The notes: generated by a model not told the origin, from the letters alone. A DNA stretch of 64,000 bases from Nymphaea colorata (GCF_008831285.2 NC_045138.2:31930001-31994000); one strand, 5' to 3'. Positions 13,848 through 27,223 are shown, counted from the stretch's first letter. Made by a program: numbers and translations.

Positions 13848-15200
13848 TGGCGCCAAGGTGGGCTGAAGGTAATTGATAGGTGCACTCGATAGACACTAAC
13901 ACCTCGAGGTTGAAGGCGAGGAACCCGTAGGTGAATGTGTTGTTGACCAAAAGTACCCCTCGGTGCGACATAATGACTTTTCGAAAAGTGCATGCTTCGA
14001 TGTGGATTGCATAAATGATGTGAGAAGCTCGTATGTGAAAAAAGGAAAAAAGAAGTTTATCGGTCGTACAACAAAGGCTTTTCCATAATGCTTCAAACGT
14101 TTGCAACAACAAAGATAGTTGTCGGTCGCAGGTAGCGGTTCTTGTCGTTGGTCGAAGAGCATTTGTTGAAACAACCTTAAGGACTTCTGTTGGAAAGAGT
14201 AGAGGCTTCTACCATGTTTGCTGCTTCCATATGGAGTTCTTGTTTGCATGTTGCTCTTATTGTCCTCGTTGGCGGAAGTTATCATCGTTGGCCAAAGAGC
14301 ATGGTCGGAGCAAGCGTAAGGACAATCGTTGGATCGATCATCCTCGTTGGTGAGAAATATAGTCTATTATTCCTAAGTTGGTGTTGCACTTTCTGTTGCC
14401 ATTCTTGCCATTTATGCTTCAAGGCTAAGCTTTCTTCACGGGCAACCTCCTCTCTCCTTTCTTCCTTCAGTGGGAACTTTTCTCTTCCTTTTTCTTTTTC
14501 CTGACCATCTTCCTTTACTTGTTCGAAGGAATGCATGCAACATGAAGGAACACATGTTAAGTACTTATGTTGCATCCAAGGACATTCAAATAAATGTGCA
14601 CAAGTACTTTGCTGAAACTTTACATATAAGTAGTAGGGTTCATCCCCGGCATACACTCAATGCATATACAGATTGGTGCACGCAACTTAGTCTCTGCCAT
14701 TTTGGCGGGAGAAGGCAAGGTTAAAGCATGAAAGCCTTCATGCCCTTACCAACACACAATAAGATGGGCTGACAACATTGTTGCATGTCAATAGGGGAAT
14801 AAAGCTTTTATGTCCTTTCAATTTGTTTAGATTTTGCCCCCTTTCTTAGTTCAACCACATGATTTTAAGGAGGATGACATGTTCATGAGGGTGTTGCAAC
14901 AATAGACATGAGGGGGGATGGTAGAAGGTTACTCATTGTTTCGATTATTCAGCTCTTTATGCTATAAACAATGAGTCACTAACACTCAAGTTGAAGAGAG
15001 GTGAGGGCAACACTTTAAGATACCAAAACCAAACCCTATACTTTATGAGATGAGGGGTTGGGTGAAAGTTGCGCTTCTTGTCTGGACAGTAAGATGAAAT
15101 ATTCATTATCTTCACCTAAAAGGAGGACTGCATACCCATTTTGAGCATATGACAATGCCTATGAAATTTGAACTTTAATTAATTGTTTGGTAGCTCCGAG
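13848..15200 (+). mobile_element. Possible degenerate LTR-retrotransposon remnant
   Basis: PBS-like TGGCGCC..GTGGG at 13848, purine tract AGGGGGGA near 14911, then an LTR-like segment sharing AACACTCAAGTTGAAG with the 50187-50417 repeat. No recognisable pol ORF. Confidence 0.3.
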
Positions 15201-17266
15201 GGACATAATTCAAATGGGAAGGCTAAGACAAGTTATGCGTATTTCATGGGTTAGACTTGTGGGAGGGTATGCTCCTATATTAAAAAGACAGCGAGTCCCT
15301 ACCTGTAAGTTAAAACACATGGAAATCTGACTGTCTAGTACCAACACAGATTTGGACCCTAGGAACAAGGGAAAAGACTTTGAGATTTCAGCTCTCAGCT
15401 TGGATGGTTGGATTAATGCTCCTATTCCCCCGAAACTAATTGTTTGGCAATCGAAAACCCAACTCATTACACCATAGCTGGCAAGCCCGTTCGGACTCGA
15501 TCAACAAATGACCGGGTCACTCAATTGGTATATCGACTTGGTCGAGTATTCAAAAAACCATAATATTGCGGCTGAATCGGGCGAGTCAGGACAAGTCGGG
15601 CCGAGTCATGGGTGAGGTGCGCCAACCTTGACTCGTGGCAGGATTTTTTGGCGATCTGAGCTGACTTGAGCGATTCCTGAGTCCGCCCCACGAGTTGCAT
15701 AGAAAGTATAAAATTTTGCTCTATTTTACCCTAGTTTGAGATCGTGTGCACGGGTTTTGTGTAAAAAAACAAACCTTTTTTAGTAAATGGAAAAATGGAC
15801 GACTTGTTTTTGAATATAGATGCAAAGAATAGGTTTCCCAGTTGAGAAATTTTATGTTTCTTAATCCACAAATAATGCGTGACTCAACACCTTTTCCGTG
15901 CATAAACTTTTCGTGAAAATCAACTCATGTGATCATGCACTCAACGGGCTTACAAATGTAAAGAAAGACAAAAGTAGCCGTTGGATAACACGAGTAATTA
16001 ACGTTACAAAACGAACTACTTTACCTAGCGCAGTTTCAATAGTATTAATAATATTTTACAGAATTTTTACATAAGCTAAATTAAAAAATTTCAAAAAATA
16101 TAATTTCCAGAATATGAAGGGGTCATCACCCCTGCCAGTCCCCCTTCCCTCTGCCCGTCGTTTGGTGCAGTGGGTGTGACTTTATCTCCCATGAAATTAT
16201 TCACAAATTAAAAGCCACAATTTTAAGGTCACCAACTAAATTTTATTGTCTGATTTAAGAAGGAAAAGTATTGTGTTATGGGTTACTAAAGCAGTTCGAA
16301 TTTAGTTTGAGGATTTTGTTCATCGTTTACGTTGTATTTGATGATAACATCAGATCTAAGATTCGATGCTACATAAAAGGTGTGTTTTGGGAGATCTTCA
16401 TTTAAACAAATTGAGAATCGCCTGATCTTAAACCCATGAATCTGGATCTCAGATCACCACGGATCGATGAAACAAACACAATTAATGTATTAAATGCAAT
16501 TCTGATCCAACTTTGATGCATATTTCTGTAGTGATTCGATTGCAAATCTATCGGTGGTACATTGAATGAATATGATAGTAACTTTTTTTTTCTTTGTCCC
16601 TTCTTCACCAATGTATGGACTATAGAGAATACAGTGCGAAGTTTTGTGAAATGAAACGTGTATCAAAAAAACCATTTTGCGAATAAGAGATTTTTTGCTG
16701 GGAAACCTTGAATTCGTATTTTCATGTTCTGCTTAAAAGCTTGAGCATTAGTTCGGTTAACAAAGGCATGAGCCTTAGAAGTTGGAAAAAAATTAATTGA
16801 TTTGGTACATGCACCAGCAGACTCAGAAATTTTGTCTACAGGGGCACCTATTAGATAGATTCAATCCTTTTGGGGGTATTTATATATACAAAGAATCACA
16901 TATTTCAAACTAATAATACAAAATAAACATATTTTGTGAATGGTGGGCAACTGCCCACACCAGCCCCCATGTGGCTCCACCACTGGGTGTAAGGAAACTT
17001 TAGGTTTTGTTTGGATGATACTCTAAGAAAATATTTTTTTTTTGTGAAAACCTTATTTTTTTGACTGATATTTGAAATTAGATGGCATGATAAAAAAAGA
17101 CCAATTTTTTTTTTTTTTTTTTTGGTGGGGAGAGGACATGACATTTTGAGAATGTTATTTTGTCGAAATTGAGTTATTCACAAACTCAATTTTGATGATC
17201 ACCCAAACATAATCTTAAAATGTGTTTGAGGTAAAACATACGTAAACATGCTTTTACATCTAAATA

Positions 17267-17413
17267 CAAGGGCAGAAAGGGTGTAGCTGGGGAGGGCCAT
17301 GACTGTTCCACGAATTTAAAACAAAAATGTTGAAAAATTGTATTTTATCTCCAATTAAAATTTTGAATCTATAGTTTTGCTTCCCTGGAAAAATATCCAT
17401 AGCTCTGCCCTTG
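17267..17413. mobile_element. hAT-type MITE, 147 bp
   Basis: TIR CAAGGGCAGA/TCTGCCCTTG; 8-bp TSD TCTAAATA/TCCAAATA. Confidence 0.75.
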
Positions 17414-18536
17414 TCCAAATATAAATTTGATTAAGAACAACTCTGAAGTTAATCCAATATCTTTCTATACCTTCTAGAAGGCTCGTTGACGATTAACAAA
17501 AAAATAAAAAAAGATATTACAAAATAAATTGAAAAAACTTTCAGCCCAACAAAACTCTCCAAAGCACAGCTGCAGCAGTAATAGTAGTAGAGGGAGAAAG
17601 AGAGAGAGTGGGGGAGAAAGAAGGAACACATATGAACATTGTTGATCATGTAGCTTTGATGATTTAATTATGTGAATAAATTGGGTCACAAATCAATGCA
17701 GGGGGCATCTTATCTCCCACAAAACCATGGGTAAGCACAAAACCATGCCCCTTGCTTCTAGGACAATCCATGACACCTGTTCGAATCTAGTTCGCGACAC
17801 ATTTTCCAATGGTAATCTTGATTTCAGTGTTTGATTATTGTTCGGGTCCCGAGGTTAGGTAATAATCCACCTGCAACCCGACACGTGCATTGAAGAGCTT
17901 GGGTGACGTAGAAATACAAGAACCACTGTTTGAAGCTAATAAATTATTTGTCATAAACTTGTACTTTTTACCACTAAATAGTAACAAGTTGATCCTTTCA
18001 GATCTCAGGTTTGATTTTATGCATTGCATTTATAATGCTTGTAGACGAATGGGCCTTCATTCCTACCAAACTTATGATAAGATCTTCACTATGGAAACTC
18101 ATTTCCTTTTTAGTGTTAAAAAAAACCCTTATTCTCATATTTTAGAATTTCCATTCTCCGTTATAAAAGGCATAGTTCACATTGTTTTCAATAAAAATGG
18201 CTTGCAACAATGAGTTGATTGATTTTTGGAGGGAAAAGAGTTTTTTTTTTTTTTGCACTGTGTTGATGACACCAAAATCTTTTTTTGTTTTGGTTTGTTT
18301 GAGAAAACCTGGTTTTCAAAAAGGATCGAATAACTTGGTCACCCGAGTAGTACACAAAAAAAATGAGTTTTAAAGGCGTCATCCAAACATGCAAACCAAT
18401 TTTTTTAAAGATAATTAAAAAAACTATTTTTTTTGCAAAACTTAGTTTTTCAAAACAGTTTTTTTATGAGGGTATCATCCAAACATACCTATTGTGTGAT
18501 CTCTAGATGGATTTTGATAGTCACGATTGATCCGTC

Positions 18537-18730
18537 CAGGGGCGGAACTAGAATTTTTTCAGGAGCAAGCTAAACAGTTCAACCTTTAGATCCGGGTGGG
18601 GTCAAATTGAACCTGAATCCAAATAATACATGGCGCAACTAAAAATTTTCAATTTTTTCAGTGTAATTATTCTTTTTCAATTCGCTGGAGTGGGGCCATG
18701 GCCCAGGCGGCCCCGCCTCCTTTGCTCCTG
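18537..18730. mobile_element. hAT-type MITE, 194 bp (same family as 23044-23237, opposite orientation)
   Basis: Starts CAGGGGCGGA; 8-bp TSD GATCCGTC/GATCTGTC; aligns with the reverse complement of 23044-23237. Confidence 0.8.
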
Positions 18731-19214
18731 GATCTGTCCGTGCTGATCAAACCAACATTGTCATAAAAAATCAGCTTGGATCAGCTCATTCAAATCTAAT
18801 TGGAGGCAAATTGTCACGGCCCTATTCAAGGGTACTATCTCCTGCGATACACTAATTCAGTTTTTGTTAATTTTTAAATGTTTTTAAAGTTTTCCTTATT
18901 TTTTAGATGCCCTTTTATATTTTTTTCTTTATTATTTTTAAAAAGTGTAACAAATTAATCTCCAATCCAGCTGAATCGCTCAATCTGCTGGATTACTGAA
19001 TCAACAGCTCAGATAGATTCAATTCAATTTTCAATTTTTGTAGCAGTACTGGTTGTAAACTAAGAAACTTTTATCCAATCATAACAACATAATCAAACAC
19101 CAATCAATGGCATAGAAAACCAAATCACTCCTTTGATAGACATTAGCACCTTTGATTTTCGGTGATTGGGAGGGTCATCCCACTGCTCGGACCAGAGCCA
19201 AAGCCCTCCTCCTT

Positions 19215-22072
19215 TCTCTTGCCCTAATTTTCTTATATGGAGAGAATTTCACAGTAAAGTGACTTATTAATTGAATGATTTAACTGCCACCAAAGAACAA
19301 ACTGTTACAACATCAAACACACTGTGTGCACATGCCACACCATTAAGTTGGATAGATGCGCCACTAAATGTTCAATGTTTATGTGCATAAATAAGCACAA
19401 ACTGCAGACAAAGGAAAGAGTTGCCTGAAATATATTTTAAACTTTTCAAAAGAAAAACAAAACTTTGAAAGGACACATAGGGACTATACTCATAAATAAA
19501 TAGCACATATAAATTTTTTCATATTATTACAAGCACACCTAAGTTTTTTTCTTCGGTTAATTAATCAAAAGTTTTATGACATTGTTTTTGAGCATTTAAT
19601 TAACGAAAAGTTTGGATATTTAGAAGGCTGTTTAACACTAACAACACATTGTTACTGTCTTATGAATCTACCTCCAAAAATATATCAAATTCATGAAACA
19701 CTTTTTAAAGTGCTTAATGAATCTTACCAATTTTTAAGTTGGTGCTTGAGGCAGCAACATAATGTTATTGTTCCCAAGCGGCACCCAGATGTAACTAATC
19801 ATGCACTAAAATCATTAGATATAGTTAAATAACTAAGACATCCTAACCGACTTCCAAATTGTTTTCATTAAGGGTGTTTTAGTCTTTTCATCACATTTAC
19901 TCCAACTTAAGTTGGTAACAACTTAAGAATAGGAAATGGCTGGTTTTTCAATGAATTGTGCCAAACTTAAAGTGTCTCTTTTGCAATATGAAATGGTTAT
20001 TTACCAATGGTGCCAAACTTTAAGTGTCCCTTTACAATATGAAAAGGTTAAGTGTGTTCTTGAATGTTTCCTAATAAAAAAATTATCATTTGTCCATTGC
20101 TTTGGGAAGATCAATCATAAGGAAGAGATTTGAAGGGTGTTGAACTAAGTAACTAAGATAAATTATAAGTCACATCAGCCACTAATTTGCACCTGAAGAA
20201 CTGAAGTTGGTCATATGTTCAAGCCCCAAACACCAAACCAGGTGTTCTAGGTTTGAAATGCCTGAAACACCATTGATAAGAAAAAAAAAGCCCATTTACA
20301 GGGACACAAATCAAAGAAAAAATAATTTTCTTTAAGGATAAAATACCCCACACAAAGTCAAGTACTAATTTGTGAGGGCTGAATTGTGCAACGAGTGCTA
20401 CGAGAGGTGTCACATAGCTAGTCGGCTTGAGTGGCATGCTGTGGATGCGTCTTTAGTTTGATTCCCATGAGCACTACTCATTTGGACTATAAATAGTGAC
20501 AAACTTGAACTTTGAGTTAAAATGTATACCGTATGACCATCCAAATCCCAAAGCAATTCTAAACCATAGAGGTAAGGGGAAGGAAAAAAGCTTTCGGCTT
20601 TCTCTTGGTCAGTGGATTCTCTCCTATTCACCTGAATTGTGCGGTGAGTGTTCGAGCCTGATCGCCCACCATACTTCCTCTTGCCCTTATTTTCTTATAT
20701 GGAGGGACATTTCACAGTAAAGTGACTTATTAACTGAATGGTTTCACTGCCACCAACCAATAAACTGTTACGGTATCAAACACACGGTGTGCACATGCCA
20801 TACCATTAAGTTGGATAGATGCGCCGCTAAATATTCAATGTCAGTGTGCATAAATAAGTGAAAACTACAGACAAAGGAAAGAATTGACTGAAAAATATTT
20901 TAAACCTTACAAAATAAGAACAAAAACTTTCAAAGGACACATAGGAACTATACTCATAAATAAATAACACACATAAGTTTTTCATATTATTAAAAACACG
21001 CTTAAGTTTTTTCTTCTGTTAATTAATCAAAATATTTATGAGGTTGTTTTGAACATTTAATTAACGAAAAGTTTGGATATCTAGAAGGTTGCTTGACACT
21101 AACAATACATTGTTACTGCTTTATGAATCTACCTCAAAAAATATATCAAATTCATGAAACACTTTTTGAAGTGCTCGATGAATCCAACCAATTTTTAAGT
21201 TGGTGCTTGGGGCAATAACATAATGTTATTGTTCCCAAACGGCACCTAGATGTAACTAGTCATGCGCTAAAATCATTAGATATAGTTAAATAACTAAGAC
21301 ATACTAATCGACTTCCAATTTGTTTTCATTAAGGGTATTTTAGTATTTTCATCACACTTACTCCAACTTAAGTTGGTAACAACTAACAACTTAAGAATAC
21401 TAAATGGCTGGGTGGGAAACTTAAAGTGTCTCTTTTACAATATGAAAGGGTTATTTACCAATGGTGCCAAACTTAAAGTGTCAAGGGTTAAGTGTGTTCT
21501 TGAATGTTTCCTAATAAAAATTTTATCATTTGGCCATTCCCTTGGAAAGACCAATCATAAGGAGGGAGATCTGAAGGGTGTTGAACTAAATAACTAAGAT
21601 AAATTATAAGTGTACAATGTTCAAGCCCCAAACACCAAACTAGGTGTTCTAGGTTTGAAATGACTAAAACATCATTTATATGAAAAAAAACCCCTTTACA
21701 AGGGCACAAATCAAAGAAAAAGATGATTTTTTTTAATGATAAAATACCCCGCACACAATTGCATCATAATTTGTGAGGGTTGAATTGTGCAATGAGTGCT
21801 ACGAGAGGTGTCACATAGTTAGTCGACCTAAGTGGCATGTTGTGGATGTGTCTTTAGTTTGATTCCCATGAACACTACTCATTTGGACTATAAATAGTGA
21901 CAAACTTGAACTTTGAGTTAAAATGTATACCGTCTGACCATCCAAATCCCAAAGTAGCTCGAGACCCTAGAGGTATGGGGAAGGAAAAGGGCTTTAGGTT
22001 CTCTCTCGAATAGTGGATTCTCTCCTATTCACCTGAATTGTGCGGTGAGTGTTCGAGTCTGATCGCCCACCA
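19215..22072. repeat. Diverged ~1.4-kb tandem duplication (about 19215-20670 and 20678-22072)
   Basis: Both units begin TCTTGCCCT.ATTTTCTTATATGGAG and end CTGATCGCCCACCA, colinear with scattered substitutions and indels. No coding ORF. Confidence 0.9.
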
Positions 22073-23043
22073 CCCTTTATACCCATAGTCTTCATTTTTC
22101 TTTTTCATGGTTGTATTGTTGTTATCGTAACAACCCAATCCACCTTAAAAATTTAGTCTTGTATTGAAGATTGTGAAAGAACGTCAATGGTTTATAAATG
22201 AGGTTATTGAATAAATGGTTGTCGTGATTCATAGCCTTTTTAGGGGTTGGAGCTGAAAATGGTAAAAGGCAGGTTGGGATCTGTCAAACCAGGAGCTCGA
22301 GCCTCAGAAGTGGATTCGGGTGCATCAACCCATCTTAAATGAAATTCTTTCCCATTAAAAAAAAAAGTCCAAAGTTGGTGGTGGTGACATTAATCTAAGG
22401 ATAAAATTAAGCCACACTCTTAAGAGATCCACACTCAAAAGCATTGAATGGGATCCCATTGTTTTGGTTTTAATTAGGGTGAAGAATCAAACCATGGGCC
22501 AAAACTAGTGCTTCCCTCACCAGCCTCCCACTAATTAAGACTATATTAAACCAGCATTTAACTTCATGCTTAATTTTTTTTTTTTTTTGCATTTTCAATT
22601 CTTGCTTAGAAGATCAACAGTTAAAAGGACCACCTGGGTTGGGGTTGACTCTCCCAAATAGAAGGCAGAGAGATTTACAATAAGCCCCCTCAAATTTTGC
22701 AAAAAAAATGTTTGATGTTTAAAACATTATTAGAATATATACAAAATACCTTAAATAGGTTATATGTTCAAGCCTTGAACACCCTCTCCTCCGAATTGGG
22801 TGGACTAAAAGTGTGTGACATAAAAAGGGGTAGAGAAATATATAATCTTGTATTACCTTGCAACACAAAAAAGGTTATGTGCAATGACCATATAAGAGAT
22901 AGGCGTAGAGCTCGGCTCTCCGATTAACACGAGGCCTGAAGGATCCGTTGTCAGGGCCTTTCAGTCCTTGTCACTGGAAGAGCTAGAAAAATTAGTTGAA
23001 AGGGTACATACTTAGAAACATTTATGTCTAAAGGGACACTTAT

Positions 23044-23237
23044 CAGGGGTGGAGGGAGGGGGGGGGCGCCTAAGCCATGGCCCCACCCCGGCCAATGAAA
23101 AAAAAAATTACATTGAAAAAAATAAAAATTTTTTAATTGCGCCATGTATTTTTTGGATTTAAATTCAGTTGGCCCTACCCGGATTTAGAGATTGAACTGT
23201 CAGCCCGTTCCTGAAGAAAATCCTGGTTTCGCCCCTG
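23044..23237. mobile_element. hAT-type MITE, 194 bp
   Basis: TIR CAGGGGTGGA/TTCGCCCCTG; 8-bp TSD ACACTTAT/ACACTTTT. Confidence 0.8.
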
Positions 23238-23240
23238 ACA

Positions 23241-23280
<40 letters not shown>

Positions 23281-24654
23281 TTAAAATTTTCAATGTAAAT
23301 GTAAAAGTAAATGAATTTTAAAGAATTGGAGTGGGCAACTGCCCACATGTGGCTACATTATATATATATATGTAAATAAATATTAAAATTTTTAATATAA
23401 AAGTAAATGAATTTTAAAGAATTGGAGTAGGCATCTGCTCACCCTAGCCCACATGTACACCACTAGTTCTGTACACCACTAGTTCTGATCATCCCTCGTA
23501 GCATAAAAAGAGGAGCGGAGGCAAGGGGCCCGCCTGGGCGGTGGCCCCACCCCAATGAAAAAGAAATAAATAAAAAAAAATGATTTTTTTTTGGTTTGGC
23601 CATGTAGTATTTGGATCCGGGTTTAGTTTAGCCCCACCCGGATCCAACCCACAAAACGCAGCCCGCCCCCCTTTCGTTTGCCCTATTTCGAAAACTACTC
23701 TTCGAAAGGGGAAAAAGGCGGCGGTGGTTGCGCCGCTGCTGCGCTGCAGGAAGAGAGTGCGAGGGCAAAGAGAGGGAGATAGAGAATGAAAGAGTGAGAA
23801 AGGGAGCACGAGAGACGGATATAGCAGGGTTTCAGGAAGGAGGTCGGAAAAGAAGAGGAGAGAAAAGAACGTGAGGAAAAAGAAAGACACAGACACACAG
23901 CAGCAGTGGGTAAAATCGTTTGAGATTTTCAACTTTCTCTTTTGATCTCTAATTTCTTTTGTTTGATTATGGTTTGGACAATTAGCTTGCCATTGGAATT
24001 ATAGGATTCGAGATTTTAATAATTCATAGCATGAGATTTACCGGGACTCCGGCGGATGAGTTTCCTGCTTGACGGCCGGACTGTTACGCTTGCGGACCCA
24101 TAGTTGTTGTATGGTTTTTATGGTTTTAGGTTGGCCAAAAGGAAAAAATATCTCAGATAATTTGGAAGGGACATGAACAAATTCGAATTTATTTGTGTTT
24201 ATGTGACTTGTGTTTGTGTATATCTTATTAGTGAATATGATCACAGCATCTTAACGATGCAAAGCTGCTCCCGTTTACTTGACAATGCAAAGCTGCTCCC
24301 GTTTATGCCTTAATTTAAATCAATGCTCCACAGTAATGGCACCCAGAGAATGTACAAAATGAGGCTTAGCTGAATGGTTTAAACTTGATGGCTAGGTGCG
24401 CGGATCTGAGCGAAGGAGGAAGAAGAAGGCAATTTAATTTGTGTTTTATTTGATTTACAACCCAAGAACACTATGCTTCACAGCAGGATCACTTCAAAAC
24501 TTTCTTTGAAGGACTTTGAGCAACCAAAATGGCCTCTAAGCAAAGTTGTTCTTTACTGGACACCTATGGGCGCCTGGTGTTGTTGCCCAACACCAAGTGA
24601 CCTGATCTCAACTTCAGAGGACATGATTCAAATGTTTGATGAGCATAGTTGAGT

Positions 24655-25357
24655 CATCTTATAGCTTCTTAAGATGTAGTTACTCAACTTATGCTTCTTT
24701 TATCTTGTTCTCTTCGTCTTCACCATGGTGCTCACACATTTGCTCATGGATGGTTGCTGATCACTTTCAGAAGAACCATTAATGAGTTTGCAGCAGCAGT
24801 GTCGGACCTGGCACAACAATTGGCTCAACTGTTGACATAGAGTTTGGGATTCAGAACAAGTTACTTTGCACAGAATTGTGGCCCAAGTACATGCTATCTG
24901 CGACTCAATAGATACCCTCCATGCCCAGTGTCTTCTAAGGTCATTGGGCTGATATCTCACACTGACATGCTATATTTATTACACAAACAATAACTGCCTT
25001 GATTTGAAATTTTGAAGTAAACATAACATAAATATATACAAAAGCAAAGCAAATTCTAGCAATAGTGCGGACAAATTAAGCACCTGCCGAACAGGTCCAT
25101 ATTTGGATATAATTTGAACTTGTTTGCTTCAAAGCATAAGGCAGCAACGAGTTTGAAAGCCAAACTCTCTGTCAACAGTTGAGCCAATTGTTGTGCCAGG
25201 TCCGACACTGCTGCCGCATACTCATTAATGGTTCTTTTGAAAGTGATCAGCAACCATCCATGAGCAAATGTGTGAGCACTATAGTGAAGATGAAGAGAAC
25301 AAGATAAAAGAAGCATAAGTTGAGTAACTATATCTTATCTTATGAAGCTGTAAGATG
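24655..25357. repeat. Long inverted repeat: arms 24655-24847 and 25160-25357, ~312-nt spacer
   Basis: The right arm is the reverse complement of the left arm with few mismatches and one small indel. Confidence 0.93.
24771..24966 (+). pseudogene. Isolated exon fragment of a 2-oxoglutarate dioxygenase, C20-GA2-oxidase (GA2ox7/8)-like
   Basis: After acceptor TTTCAG: RTINEFAAAVSDLAQQLAQLLT*SLGFRTSYFAQNCGPSTCYLRLNRYPPCPVSSKVIGLISHTD, containing NRYPPCP and the Fe-binding HTD. In-frame TAG at 24838; similarity ends after HTD. Confidence 0.8.
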
Positions 25358-25561
25358 TCCAGGCTTATAATTATACTTCTGAGGCATGATTTTGTCATGT
25401 GCTTCATAATTAACAGATCTTGAATCAGCCCATATCAGTTAATATATATTGTCAATTTGGGCCAAACACAAAAGGGTGCAGAACGGGAAAGAGGCTGCCG
25501 TATCCTGTCCTGAAAAGGAGTCTGCAACATTGCCTTAAAACTGGATCTCTCTGACAGCAAG

Positions 25562-25888
25562 ATGGCATCGGAAACGAGGAAAGATGGTGGCGACAGTGAG
25601 GCAGTGGCAGGTCCTAGGTGGATGGAGATGGTGAAGGAGCGGTGGCAGGCTATTCGGGAGCATGCCGAGACATATCCCTTCGTCTGGGCCTCGTACATCC
25701 TCGTCTATGGTGGCGTGGGCGTCTATATGACCTACCGGTGGAGGAAGCTCAGGAAGACAGAAGAGAGGGTCAGAGCTCTCCACGAGCACCTCAAGAAGCT
25801 CGTGGAGGCAGATGAGGCTGCTGCCTCCAAGAGTTCGCTGGCGACAGCAGAGGGGATTGCTGAGAAGGTAGAGAAGAAGGGAAGCTGA
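25562..25888 (+). CDS. Small intronless plant protein (108 aa) with one transmembrane segment and a basic/coiled-coil tail; function unknown
   Basis: GC-rich codon-like composition in an AT-rich background; EHAETYPFVWASYILVYGG..YRWRKLRKTEERVRAL resembles a conserved uncharacterised plant family; site-II-like TGGGCC upstream. Confidence 0.8.
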   Translation: MASETRKDGGDSEAVAGPRWMEMVKERWQAIREHAETYPFVWASYILVYGGVGVYMTYRWRKLRKTEERVRALHEHLKKLVEADEAAASKSSLATAEGIAEKVEKKGS

Positions 25889-27142
25889 ATGGTTGTGAAT
25901 TTGTGTACTTGGATGGAATTGCTCGGATAATCTCCCCTTTTTAAATAATATTGCCTCTTTTTCTTCCTTTCTTCTTTCATGTTTGTATTTTGATTGTTGT
26001 GAAACAGAGGTAATGTACGGTGTGAATGTGTGTGTGCGTAGATGAAAAGAAGTTTGTTGAGGAAACTGCTCAGAACGAATTCCTTTGTTTCGACGCAATG
26101 GGGAAGATTGCTTGCTCTGAGGCTTGGAATCTGTAGAACGTTAGTGCAGTTCAAGTCTACCACATAAATCTTCCTTTGACATAGAAGACCAGTCTGCGTG
26201 GCTTTTGATGGATGAAACACAAGTCAGCAGTAGGAAGCTAAGCATACTGAGAAACTAAGCAGAACCAAGTAAAAGGTGTTTAACTGAACGCGACTGTGCA
26301 AACCTTCTTCCCGCAATACTCTAGACAAGGTTAAGAGGTAACGTATATACTTTTGTTAAGTTTGAGCTCATACACCATTAGTACAAATATATGAAGCTAT
26401 GGAATGCAATGTCTTCCAACAGAAACAAGACCAATCTTCATATGAAAGAACGGTATGCCCTGTTAGAATGTTAGAATAGCATCAGAGAAACATAGGAATA
26501 TTCAAGTGATCCATATGTTTTTCGCTGCTTACAGTACTGCACTCCACACTGTACAAGGATATAAGCTAGGAGTTAAAAAAGGAAATTAAGAAAAGTATCT
26601 CCGAAAGAACTCAAGTACAGTTTGTTTGCTTTGTCTGATAAATTGCATTCAGGTTGAGACACTTTGTTGCTCGCCTAGCAGCATAAAACTCTAAAAACTC
26701 TCAGACCTGGTACCCAGCCTCAAGGGCCTATGCCTCTTTGGTCCTGGCCACTGGCCCGAGCTGGTACACCAAGATCCCTTGGGGCAAGAACAATTTGTTT
26801 GTTAATCTCACTGATCAACAATATCTACCGTAACATCAAGTTCTCCACTTTGCTTAGGCATGACAATCAGATGATGGTCATGTAGAGGCTAGAACAGAGT
26901 GAACTGTAGGGAAAACTTGAACAATTCGAGACCAACTTAAGGCAAAGATGAAGTTAGCTGTCGTTCTAGCACATTTTTTCAAGCTCCTACCTCCCTCCTT
27001 TTTCTTCAACAGCCCTGCACTCTAGATTGAACTTAATCACAAAGGACTACGCAAAAGGAAAGAGGAAATACCAACGGGAGGAGGATGGGGAGGGAGATCG
27101 TTATTTATTTATATAATTTCTTGACACGGATGAGCAACCACC

Positions 27143-27182
27143 GTTGAGATGGCCGAGTTGGTCTAAGGCGCCAGATTAAGGT

Positions 27183-27215
<33 letters not shown>

Positions 27216-27223
27216 TCTCAACA
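27143..27223 (+). tRNA. trnL-AAG: tRNA-Leu (anticodon AAG)
   Basis: Acceptor stem GTTGAGA/TCTCAAC, A box TGGCCGAGTTGG, anticodon arm CCAGA-TTAAGGT-TCTGG, long variable arm, T-loop GGTTCAAATCC. Upstream TATA/CAA and a downstream T-run. Confidence 0.97.

Noticed and set aside
16814..16985. Further MITE-like remnants here and at about 46537-46698, 9445-9632 and 33960-34800
   Set aside because: Only one recognisable terminus or no TSD, so boundaries cannot be supported.
20565..20640. Possible miR482/miR2118-like hairpin (GGGGAAGGAA ... TTCTCTCCTATTCACC), also at about 21965-22040
   Set aside because: Arms pair only partially and no 21-22-nt stretch matches a family consensus I know; an LTR-like origin fits better.
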